From Alphaproteobacteria bacterium (GTDB taxonomy: Bacteria > Pseudomonadota > Alphaproteobacteria > SP197): 64,000 bases of DNA. Below the pieces are notes generated by a model that was given only the letters and a program-made list of their open reading frames with translations, ran no database searches and was not told where the DNA came from. A program made the position numbers and the translations under genes. The stretch lies in contig OZ245842.1 in NCBI GenBank assembly GCA_965228895.1, positions 4,800,001-4,864,000 on the forward strand. The letters are read 5' to 3'. Positions 1-7,461 of the stretch are shown in pieces (the first letter of the stretch is position 1; each line of letters starts with the position of its first letter).

Positions 1-888
1 GGCCGGCTCGAGACCATCGCGCGCTGGCTGGCCGGCTGGCAGGGCCACCCGCCGCGCGCCGACAAGCCGGCGATCCTGGTCTTCGCCGGCAACCACGGCG
101 TGACGGCCCAGGGCATCTCGGCTTTTCCCGCCGATGTGACCCACCAGATGGTGGCGAACTTCGAGGCGGGCGGTGCGGCGATCAACCAACTCGCCAAACG
201 TGCCGGCGCCAGCTTGGCGGTCACCGCGCTCGATCTCGACCAGCCGACCGGCGACTTCTCCCAGGGTCCCGCCATGGACGAAGCGGCGGCGGTTGAAGCC
301 TTTGCCATCGGCATGGCGGCCGTCGGCGACGCCGATCTGGTGATCCCCGGCGACATGGGCATCGGCAACACAACGGTCTCCGCCGCCCTGGCGGCCGCTC
401 TTTTGGGCGGCAGCGGGGCCGACTGGGCGGGACCGGGTACCGGACTGGACGCCGCCGGCGTCAATCACAAGGCCGCGGTCATCGACCGGGCGCTCGCCTT
501 CCACGGCGACCGGCTCAACGACCCGCTCGACGCGCTGGCTAGCGTCGGCGGGCGCGAGCTCGCCGCCATCGCCGGTTCGATCCTGGCCGCGCGGCTGAAA
601 CGTATCCCGGTCATCCTGGACGGCTATGTCGCGACCGCGAGCGCGGCGGTCCTGAGGGCTTTGCGGGACGACGCGCTCGATCACTGCCTGCTCGGCCATC
701 TCAGCGCCGAACACGGCCACGGTCCGCTTGCCGACAAGCTGGGCCTGGACCCCATCGTCAACCTGGCCATGCGTCTGGGCGAAGGGTCCGGCGCGGCGGT
801 CGCCCTGCTGATCGTCCAGGCCGCCGCCGACTGCCACAACGGCATGGCGACGTTCGCCGAAGCCGGGGTCAGCGGAAAAAGCGACTGA
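1..888 (+). CDS. cobT: Nicotinate-nucleotide--dimethylbenzimidazole phosphoribosyltransferase (5' end outside window)
   Basis: Frame open from base 1 (GRLETIARWLAGWQG...FAGNHGV); GDMGIGNTT and MRLGEGSGA motifs. Confidence 0.93.
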   Translation, partial: GRLETIARWLAGWQGHPPRADKPAILVFAGNHGVTAQGISAFPADVTHQMVANFEAGGAAINQLAKRAGASLAVTALDLDQPTGDFSQGPAMDEAAAVEAFAIGMAAVGDADLVIPGDMGIGNTTVSAALAAALLGGSGADWAGPGTGLDAAGVNHKAAVIDRALAFHGDRLNDPLDALASVGGRELAAIAGSILAARLKRIPVILDGYVATASAAVLRALRDDALDHCLLGHLSAEHGHGPLADKLGLDPIVNLAMRLGEGSGAAVALLIVQAAADCHNGMATFAEAGVSGKSD

Positions 889-937
889 GCCCGAAAGGTC
901 CCCTTTTGTCGCAGGCGGCCGCCGCTAAGCTTCAGTC

Positions 938-1405
938 ATGGCGGATGTGATTCGGGACGGGTTGGAAGACGTCGGCGGGCGCGACGTGGCGCCGCTGCTG
1001 GCGCGCGGCATCGGGCGGCTGTTCGACGCCATGGCGGTGGCTTCGCTGACCGAGTTCAGCCTGAAGAACGGCCGGCGCGCCGATGTCCTGGCGCTCGACG
1101 GCGACGGCCGGTTCACCATCGTGGAAATCAAAAGTTCTCTGGCAGATTTTCGTGCCGATTCGAAGTGGCCGGACTATCTTGAGTTTTGTGACAACTTTTT
1201 CTTCGCCGTGCCGCAGGGGTTCCCCATCGATGTTTTGCCCGAGAACGAAGGCCTGATGATCGCCGACCGCTGGGACGCCACCATCATCCGGCCATCGGCC
1301 GAGCGCGCCATGCATGCCTCGCGCCGCAAGGCGCTGACCCTGCGCTTCGCGCGCCAGGCCGCGCAACGCCTGCAACGGTTGAACGACTCCCCGACACCTG
1401 GATGA
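938..1405 (+). CDS. mmcB: MmcB-family DNA repair protein (PD-(D/E)xK nuclease-like)
   Basis: GRRADV...IVEIKSSLADFRADSKWPDYLEFCD signature. Confidence 0.88.
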   Translation: MADVIRDGLEDVGGRDVAPLLARGIGRLFDAMAVASLTEFSLKNGRRADVLALDGDGRFTIVEIKSSLADFRADSKWPDYLEFCDNFFFAVPQGFPIDVLPENEGLMIADRWDATIIRPSAERAMHASRRKALTLRFARQAAQRLQRLNDSPTPG

Positions 1406-1422
1406 CCGCGCCCAAGCCGGGT

Positions 1423-1563
1423 CTAGAGCGGATCATGGTTCGGTGGAACCGTCTGGCGGTTCGACCGAACCATGTGAATCCGCTCTCCATTCATAGCGTA
1501 GAGCAGGTTCACCTGCCGTGACGGAATCGCGAAGCGATACCTTCAAATCAGGACCTGCTCTAA
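1423..1563. repeat. CTAG-bounded ~140-bp palindromic repeat (MITE-like, family A), degenerate copy overlapping the permease start
   Basis: Aligns by eye with 31993-32132 and 37508-37647 (CTAGAGCGG...GTGAATCCGCTCT...AGCAG...ATCGCGAAGCGAT...CTGCTCTA). Confidence 0.8.
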
Positions 1564-2759
1564 GGCGGCGCTTGGGTTTCTGGTTGCTGACGCTTTACGG
1601 CCTCGGCGTCACCATCGGCGCCGGCATCTATGTGCTGATCGGCAAGGTCGCGGGCGAGACTGGCGCCTTGATGCCGCTGGCGTTTCTGGCCGCCGCCGTC
1701 CTGGCCGGCTTGACCGCGCTCTCCTTCGCCGAACTCGCGGCGCGTTTTCCCAGGAGCGCCGGGGAAGCCATCTATATCGCTGAGGGTTTCCGCTCCAAGA
1801 CCCTGTCGCTGATCGCCGGTCTGGCGGTCGCCCTGGTCGGCATGGTGTCGTCGGCGGCGATCGCCATCGGCGCGGCCGGCTACATCGCCGAGATCGTGCC
1901 GCTGCCACAATGGGCCTTGATCACCATCGTCATCGTCGCGCTGACCGCCCTGGCGTGCTGGGGCATCAAGGAGTCCGTCCTTGTCGCCGGCATCGTGACG
2001 GTGCTGGAGATCGGCGGCCTGCTGCTGGTCATCGGCGTTGCCCTGCCCGAGTTTTCCGAACTCGGCGAGAGGCTGACGACCACCATGCCCGCCGATGGTT
2101 TCGTGTGGGCCGGTTTCATGGGCGCCATGCTGCTCGCTTTCTTTGCCTTTGTCGGCTTCGAGGACATGGTCAACGTGATCGAGGAGGTGAAGGAACCGCG
2201 CCGCATGATGCCGCGCGCCATCATCGCGACGCTGATCGGATCGACCGTCATCTATGTCCTGGTGGCGCTTGCGGCCCTTGCCGTCGTGCCACCCGGCGAA
2301 CTGGCGGCGAGCGACGCGCCGCTGGCGCTGGTGTATGAAAAGGCGAGCGGCACGTCGCCCATCCTCTTGATCACGATCGCCAGCTTCGCCACGTTAAATG
2401 GTGTTGTGATTCAGACCGTCATGGCATCGCGCGTTCTCTATGGGTTGAGCTGGCAAGGCTCGATCCCCGCGGTCTTTGGCCGCATCAACCCCTTTACCCA
2501 CACCCCGATCATCGCGACGGTCTCCGTCGGGGCCTTGATCTTGATCATGGCGCTCGCGCTGCCGATCGATACGCTCGCCGAGGCGACGGCGTTGATCGTG
2601 CTGGCCATTTTCACCGCCGTGAACCTGGCGCTGGGCCTGATCAAGCGGCGCGACACGATCGGGCCGTCACGTTTCACCGTGCCCGCCTTCTGGCCCTGGC
2701 TCGCCTTTGCGGCCAGCCTGGCGATCCTCGTCGCCGATGTGGTTCGGCGGCTTCTATGA
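1518..2759 (+). CDS. APC-family amino acid permease
   Basis: ~12 hydrophobic segments; GVTIGAGIY and FAFVGFED motifs. Confidence 0.9.
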   Translation: MTESRSDTFKSGPALRRRLGFWLLTLYGLGVTIGAGIYVLIGKVAGETGALMPLAFLAAAVLAGLTALSFAELAARFPRSAGEAIYIAEGFRSKTLSLIAGLAVALVGMVSSAAIAIGAAGYIAEIVPLPQWALITIVIVALTALACWGIKESVLVAGIVTVLEIGGLLLVIGVALPEFSELGERLTTTMPADGFVWAGFMGAMLLAFFAFVGFEDMVNVIEEVKEPRRMMPRAIIATLIGSTVIYVLVALAALAVVPPGELAASDAPLALVYEKASGTSPILLITIASFATLNGVVIQTVMASRVLYGLSWQGSIPAVFGRINPFTHTPIIATVSVGALILIMALALPIDTLAEATALIVLAIFTAVNLALGLIKRRDTIGPSRFTVPAFWPWLAFAASLAILVADVVRRLL

Positions 2760-2804
2760 TTGCGATCCAACAACATGAGCTTCAACACCGGACGGAGGAC
2801 CACC

Positions 2805-3263
2805 ATGAAGTCGAAGCGGTTATGGCTTGTCGTCGCCGATGGTTCACGCGCACGCATTCTCGCGCGCAATGGGGTGAACGGCGCCCTGGCTGAGATCGAA
2901 CAGCTCGATCACGCCGCGGCGCGCGCCCATGTCCGCGATCTCGTGACCGACGGCCAGGGCCGCACCTTCGACAGCGGCGGCCAGGGCCGCCATGCGGTGG
3001 AACCCACGACCGAACCCAAGGATCACGAGAAGACCGAGTTCCTGGACCATCTGGCCGAGCGCATCAACATGGCCGTCGCCAAGAACAAGTTGGACGAACT
3101 GGTGGTCATGGCGCCGGCGACCGCGCTCGGGCGCTTGCGCGATAAACTGTCGAAACAGGCAAGCCAGCGCGTCGCCGCCGATCTGGGCAAGGACCTGACC
3201 GGTCACACCGTGCGCGAGCTGGAAGCGCGGCTGAAGGAGCTGACCCGGCCCTGGAAGGACTGA
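2805..3263 (+). CDS. Host-attachment family protein (AtsE/baeRF-like)
   Basis: WLVVADGSRARI, APATALGRLR, KDLT motifs; GGAGGA RBS before ATG 2805. Confidence 0.8.
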   Translation: MKSKRLWLVVADGSRARILARNGVNGALAEIEQLDHAAARAHVRDLVTDGQGRTFDSGGQGRHAVEPTTEPKDHEKTEFLDHLAERINMAVAKNKLDELVVMAPATALGRLRDKLSKQASQRVAADLGKDLTGHTVRELEARLKELTRPWKD

Positions 3264-3273
3264 GAGGCGCGGC

Positions 3274-3693
3274 GTGACCACGGGCGACCTGCCGACCTTC
3301 GAATGCGCGGTCGCCCTGATCGTCGCCGACAGCCGCGTCCTGCTCGGCCACCGGTCGAAGGACCGGCCGACCTATCCCGACGTCTGGGATCTCTTCGGCG
3401 GCCATGTCGAGGAAGGCGAGACGATGGAGGAGGCTCTTGCGCGCGAGCTCGACGAGGAGCTCGCGATCCGACCGACCGCGTTCGAACGCTTCACAGAACT
3501 CGCCGAACCGGAAGCCGGCCCCTATGGCCACAAGCGCTACACGATCTTCAAGGTGACGGCCTGGGACGGTCCCGGCCCGCGCCTGACCGGCGACGAACAC
3601 ACGGAGATCGCCTGGTTCACCCCCGACGAAGCCCGCAACGCTAACCTCGCCCACCGCGTCTACCGCACTCTGATCGCGGATGCGGTTGGGTGA
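3274..3693 (+). CDS. NUDIX hydrolase
   Basis: Nudix box GGHVEEGETMEEALARELDEEL. Confidence 0.9.
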   Translation: MTTGDLPTFECAVALIVADSRVLLGHRSKDRPTYPDVWDLFGGHVEEGETMEEALARELDEELAIRPTAFERFTELAEPEAGPYGHKRYTIFKVTAWDGPGPRLTGDEHTEIAWFTPDEARNANLAHRVYRTLIADAVG

Positions 3694-3704
3694 AGGCCCC
3701 AGTG

Positions 3705-4511
3705 TCATCGCGCGACGTCACGCAACCAGCGGACGACGTCACCGTCTTCGTCAAACGTGCTCCACGGCCACGTGCCCCAGCCTACCGCGCGCGACTCCGC
3801 CTTGCCGCCGACCATGACGATGCGTTCGAGCTCGGCGCACTCATCTCGCTGATCGAAGTCGGGGGGCGGCAGGGCTTGCTCTCTCGCCAACGCCGTCGCG
3901 ATTTTCATCGTGTTGTTCCACACACCGCTGTCATCGAACAACACCATCGCCGGGCGCGCGACAACAGTGTTCGGCCCCGATAACCAGGCGACATCTCGGT
4001 CGCGATAGTTCAGCGTGTCAACGAACTCCAGCGCCGCCTCCGGAGTCATCGGACCGACAACAGACTGGTGAGAGGTGACAACGAGCGAGCCATTGTCGAC
4101 AAAGCATGGCGGGCGGAACGGGACCCAGCCGAACTGGAACCAGATGCCATGAGCGACGGAGACGATCGCCAGAAACGTCGCGCCGCGAACCCACGGCTTC
4201 CACCGCGCAACCGGCGCGGGCCACCTGCAATACCAGCCCACCGCGAACACGATAGCCGCGATGGAACCGAAAGCGCCGAACGGCGTCTCAAGGTAGGCCA
4301 TGAAGTAAAGCAAGACGAACACGTCCCACTTGCCGAACAGGACAAAAGCGAGATGGATATGTGTCGACGCGACAAGCACGAACGCCTTTGCATAGAAGAA
4401 GGTGGCAACGGCCGAGAGAAGAACGAACGCACCGATACGTAGCCGCCACCGCCAATCGCGTTTGGAAGGTCGACGGTGGTGTGGTCGATAGGAGGGGATG
4501 AGACCGATCAT
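3705..4511 (-). CDS. Putative immunity-like membrane protein, locus 1 paralog 4
   Basis: N-terminal TM helices then HGIWFQFGWVPFRPPC...GPMTPEAA...RPA...C...GWGTWPWSTFDEDG, shared with five other ORFs in this window; function inferred. Confidence 0.7.
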   Translation of the reverse strand: MIGLIPSYRPHHRRPSKRDWRWRLRIGAFVLLSAVATFFYAKAFVLVASTHIHLAFVLFGKWDVFVLLYFMAYLETPFGAFGSIAAIVFAVGWYCRWPAPVARWKPWVRGATFLAIVSVAHGIWFQFGWVPFRPPCFVDNGSLVVTSHQSVVGPMTPEAALEFVDTLNYRDRDVAWLSGPNTVVARPAMVLFDDSGVWNNTMKIATALAREQALPPPDFDQRDECAELERIVMVGGKAESRAVGWGTWPWSTFDEDGDVVRWLRDVAR

Positions 4512-4526
4512 GTCCGCGACAGCCGC

Positions 4527-5291
4527 TTACGCGTCCCTATAGAGATCGCGAAGCCAGCGGGCGAACGAGCCGTCATCGTGGATTGTGTTCCACGGCCACA
4601 AGCCCCAGCCCGCCCGCCATAACACGGCCCGACGGTCAACAAGGGCGTTGCGTTCGATGGCGTGACAGACACCGTACTTAGTACCGGCTAGGTCTGCCGG
4701 CATCGGCCTAGCGCCGACATATTCGGAGATCCTTTCGACCCGCTGGCTATCCAACAAGCCGAAGACGGGTCTGACCAGAATGGTATGGGCGTCCGAACGG
4801 TGAACGGCATGTTCGCCCAAGCTCTCGATGAGTTCTCGCTCGAAGTGATCGGCATAGGCTGGATCCAGTCTTCCAACGAGTGTGTGTTGGTTGTTCATGC
4901 CGCCCACGCCCGCATTGTGCCGACAGGTCGGGTAAAACGTCGTCCAGCCAACCAGGAACCAACCGGTGTGCAAAACGACGATGACGGCCAACACAATCGT
5001 TGCCCGTTTCCAGGCCTTGAGCCTCGCCATGCCGAGCGGCAGCGGCAGATACCAACCCACGGCGAAGACAACCGCCGCGACAGTGGCGAACGCCGTAACC
5101 GGGAAGTTTAGGTATGCCCACAGATAGAATAGATAGAGGATCAGGCCCTTCACCACGTCGAGCCCGAACAAGGCAAGGAGCGGGACGGCAAGGACGGCAG
5201 CGATCAGCAGACGCCGCAACAGGCGGACGTGATTTGGATCGGGCGGCCATCGACCTTGGCTGATCCCCGGCAACAGATTGAGCCAGATCAT
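4527..5291 (-). CDS. Putative immunity-like membrane protein, locus 1 paralog 3
   Basis: HTGWFLVGWTTFYPTC...GWGLWPWNTIHDDG; ATG 5291 overlaps the upstream stop (ATGA coupling). Confidence 0.7.
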   Translation of the reverse strand: MIWLNLLPGISQGRWPPDPNHVRLLRRLLIAAVLAVPLLALFGLDVVKGLILYLFYLWAYLNFPVTAFATVAAVVFAVGWYLPLPLGMARLKAWKRATIVLAVIVVLHTGWFLVGWTTFYPTCRHNAGVGGMNNQHTLVGRLDPAYADHFERELIESLGEHAVHRSDAHTILVRPVFGLLDSQRVERISEYVGARPMPADLAGTKYGVCHAIERNALVDRRAVLWRAGWGLWPWNTIHDDGSFARWLRDLYRDA

Positions 5292-5785
5292 GAGCCGCCA
5301 CGCTTCGGCGGTACCGCACAAGACCTTGCACTTCGCCTCTGAAACCAATCGACCATGAGCCGGACCGGACCGATGACGAGGGCGGCAGCAGCCATCAGCC
5401 AGCCAGCTAGTCCAACCATAACGACCAAGGCACCGGCCCAATCGTCGGGCGTGGCTGCGGGCTTTATGCTCAAAAGAGGCCAAACCCAGAAAGGATGGCT
5501 GAGTGTCAAAGCGATGGTCACCGCCAAGGCAGCGATCGTGGTCCGCTTAGCGCCGAACCACGCGATAAGTTTCCATGCGCCCAGGACAATGACGAAGGGT
5601 GTTGCCGGTAGAAGCAGGACAAGCCAACGCTCGTCGATTGGCTGCGCGATCCATAGGAAAGGCAGGGCAACGACGCCGTAGATGACGACGAACGCGAGTG
5701 TCGTCACGCTGAAGAGCCGGACGTGCCCCGGCGGCGGTTCTCCTCCGCCGCCCTGGCCAGCATTGGTCCAGTTGATACGGAACAC
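5288..5785 (-). CDS. Four-TM hypothetical membrane protein within the locus 1 array
   Basis: Four hydrophobic segments; translationally coupled to the next gene; N-terminal PPPGHVRL resembles PPDPNHVRL of its neighbour. Confidence 0.6.
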   Translation of the reverse strand: MFRINWTNAGQGGGGEPPPGHVRLFSVTTLAFVVIYGVVALPFLWIAQPIDERWLVLLLPATPFVIVLGAWKLIAWFGAKRTTIAALAVTIALTLSHPFWVWPLLSIKPAATPDDWAGALVVMVGLAGWLMAAAALVIGPVRLMVDWFQRRSARSCAVPPKRGGS

Positions 5786-5877
5786 GGCTTAACGCCCGAC
5801 CAACGCAAAGAGGATGAACAAATCATCCGCGCCCGCCCGCGACGGTATCGGTATCCCGAACAGAACGCCGCGCACCA

Positions 5878-6669
5878 TCATCGCGCGATGTCACGCAGCC
5901 AACGAACGACAAGACCGCGCTCATCGAACGTGTTCCACGGCCACGTGCCCCAGCCCTTCGCGCGCGACTCCGCCTTGCCGCCGACCATGACGATGCGTTC
6001 GAGCTCCGCACACTGGTCGCTCCGATCAAAATCAGGGGGCGGCAGGCCTTGCTCCTGCGCCAAAGCCGTCGCGATCTTCATCGTGTTGTTCCAGACGCCG
6101 CCGTCATCGAACAGCGCCATCGCCGGGCGCGCGACGACAGTGTTCGGTCCCGACAACCAGGCGACGTCGCGGTCCCGCCAGTTTAAGGTGTCAACAAACG
6201 CCATTGCCGCCTCGGGCGTCATCGGACCGACAAGAGCGTGGTGGCCACCGAGCGACAACGGGCCATCACCCGTGCTGCAAGGCGGCCGGAAGGACACCCA
6301 GCCGAACTGGAACCAGATGCCATGCGCGACGACAACAACCGCCAAGACCGCGAAGCCGCGTCGCACTGGCGACAAACGCGCCAACAGCGGCGGCCAGCGC
6401 AGATACGTGCCCAATGCGAAGATGACCGCCATCAGCGTGCCGAAGGCGACAACAGGCGATAAAGCCAGTAGCAGGACGGGAAGAAAAAACATGCTGATGA
6501 CAAGGAGAGGATTGTTGCCCGGCCACATCCACACCGCTACCAGGCTGCCAACGAGCAAGACAACGACAGTTAGGTTGGACAGCCATCTAGACCGGAGTAT
6601 CCACCGGCCGCGTCGCACCTTCTCTCCGCTTGTCGTTTCGCGCCGCGCCATGTCCGCGTGAGCCCCCAC
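5878..6669 (-). CDS. Putative immunity-like membrane protein, locus 1 paralog 2
   Basis: Same family motifs; C-terminal half nearly identical to the 3705-4511 protein; start may be ATG 6651. Confidence 0.7.
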   Translation of the reverse strand: MGAHADMARRETTSGEKVRRGRWILRSRWLSNLTVVVLLVGSLVAVWMWPGNNPLLVISMFFLPVLLLALSPVVAFGTLMAVIFALGTYLRWPPLLARLSPVRRGFAVLAVVVVAHGIWFQFGWVSFRPPCSTGDGPLSLGGHHALVGPMTPEAAMAFVDTLNWRDRDVAWLSGPNTVVARPAMALFDDGGVWNNTMKIATALAQEQGLPPPDFDRSDQCAELERIVMVGGKAESRAKGWGTWPWNTFDERGLVVRWLRDIAR

Positions 6670-7437
6670 CTAGTCCTTGTGGAGGCTGAGCAGCCATTGA
6701 ACGAAGGCACCATCTTCGTCGAACGTGTTCCATGGCCAGTAGCCGTAACCGACAAGTCGTGAGTCGGCATGCCCTCTAGCCATAAGTGCCTCTTCTATCG
6801 CGCCGCAATGCCCTGTCGATACGCGACCGCCAAGATCATCGGCAATGTTGATCGTGTAGCGCTCGTGAACACTATTGGGAAAGAGGGCTATGGCCGGCCG
6901 TACCAGAACGGTGTGGTCGCCGACCAGCCGGGCCGCGTCCTCGCTGTACTGCCTCTGCAAGACATCGACGAAGCGCCGCGCGGCCTCGGCCTTCATCGGC
7001 CCCTTCAGCAGTGTTTCACTACCGTAGAACGGGTCGAAATTCCCGGAGCACGGCGGCCGGAACGGCATCCAGCCAGTGTGAAACCAAGCAGCGTGTAGAA
7101 CAAAGATGACGACCAGCCAGGTGAGACCGCGCATCGGCGGCCATTGCCGCGCCAGCATCGGTGGCCATCGCAGGTAACAACCCAATACGAAGATGAAAGC
7201 AGCCACGGCCCCGAAGGCCACATGAGGCAGTTCCGTAAAGGCCATGATCACCAGCATCACAAACGCGATTGGCAGAGGGAACATCGCGTCCGACCAGAAC
7301 CCGTTCGCCAAGACCAACACGACAATGATGAAACCGGCGCACAGAAGCCAAACTCGGTCGCGTTTGGAAAGCCGGTCGGGGCGCGGCCGACGACGTGGGC
7401 GACCGCCGTTGCCGGAAGGCGGGGAATCAGGTGTCAC
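6670..7437 (-). CDS. Putative immunity-like membrane protein, locus 1 paralog 1 (adjacent to lead gene)
   Basis: HAAWFHTGWMPFRPPC...GPMKAEAA...GYGYWPWNTFDEDG; GGAG RBS. Confidence 0.7.
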   Translation of the reverse strand: MTPDSPPSGNGGRPRRRPRPDRLSKRDRVWLLCAGFIIVVLVLANGFWSDAMFPLPIAFVMLVIMAFTELPHVAFGAVAAFIFVLGCYLRWPPMLARQWPPMRGLTWLVVIFVLHAAWFHTGWMPFRPPCSGNFDPFYGSETLLKGPMKAEAARRFVDVLQRQYSEDAARLVGDHTVLVRPAIALFPNSVHERYTINIADDLGGRVSTGHCGAIEEALMARGHADSRLVGYGYWPWNTFDEDGAFVQWLLSLHKD

Positions 7438-7461
7438 TGATGCTTCTCCGTCACACCACGC

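Noticed and set aside
897-911. Possible LexA box before mmcB (GGTC-CCCTTTT-GTCG)
   Set aside because: mmcB is SOS-regulated in Caulobacter, but both half-sites are mismatched; too weak to call.
4527-5483. 318-aa version of the 4527 ORF
   Set aside because: The extension overlaps 5288-5785; ATG 5291 gives ATGA coupling and a length matching the paralogs.
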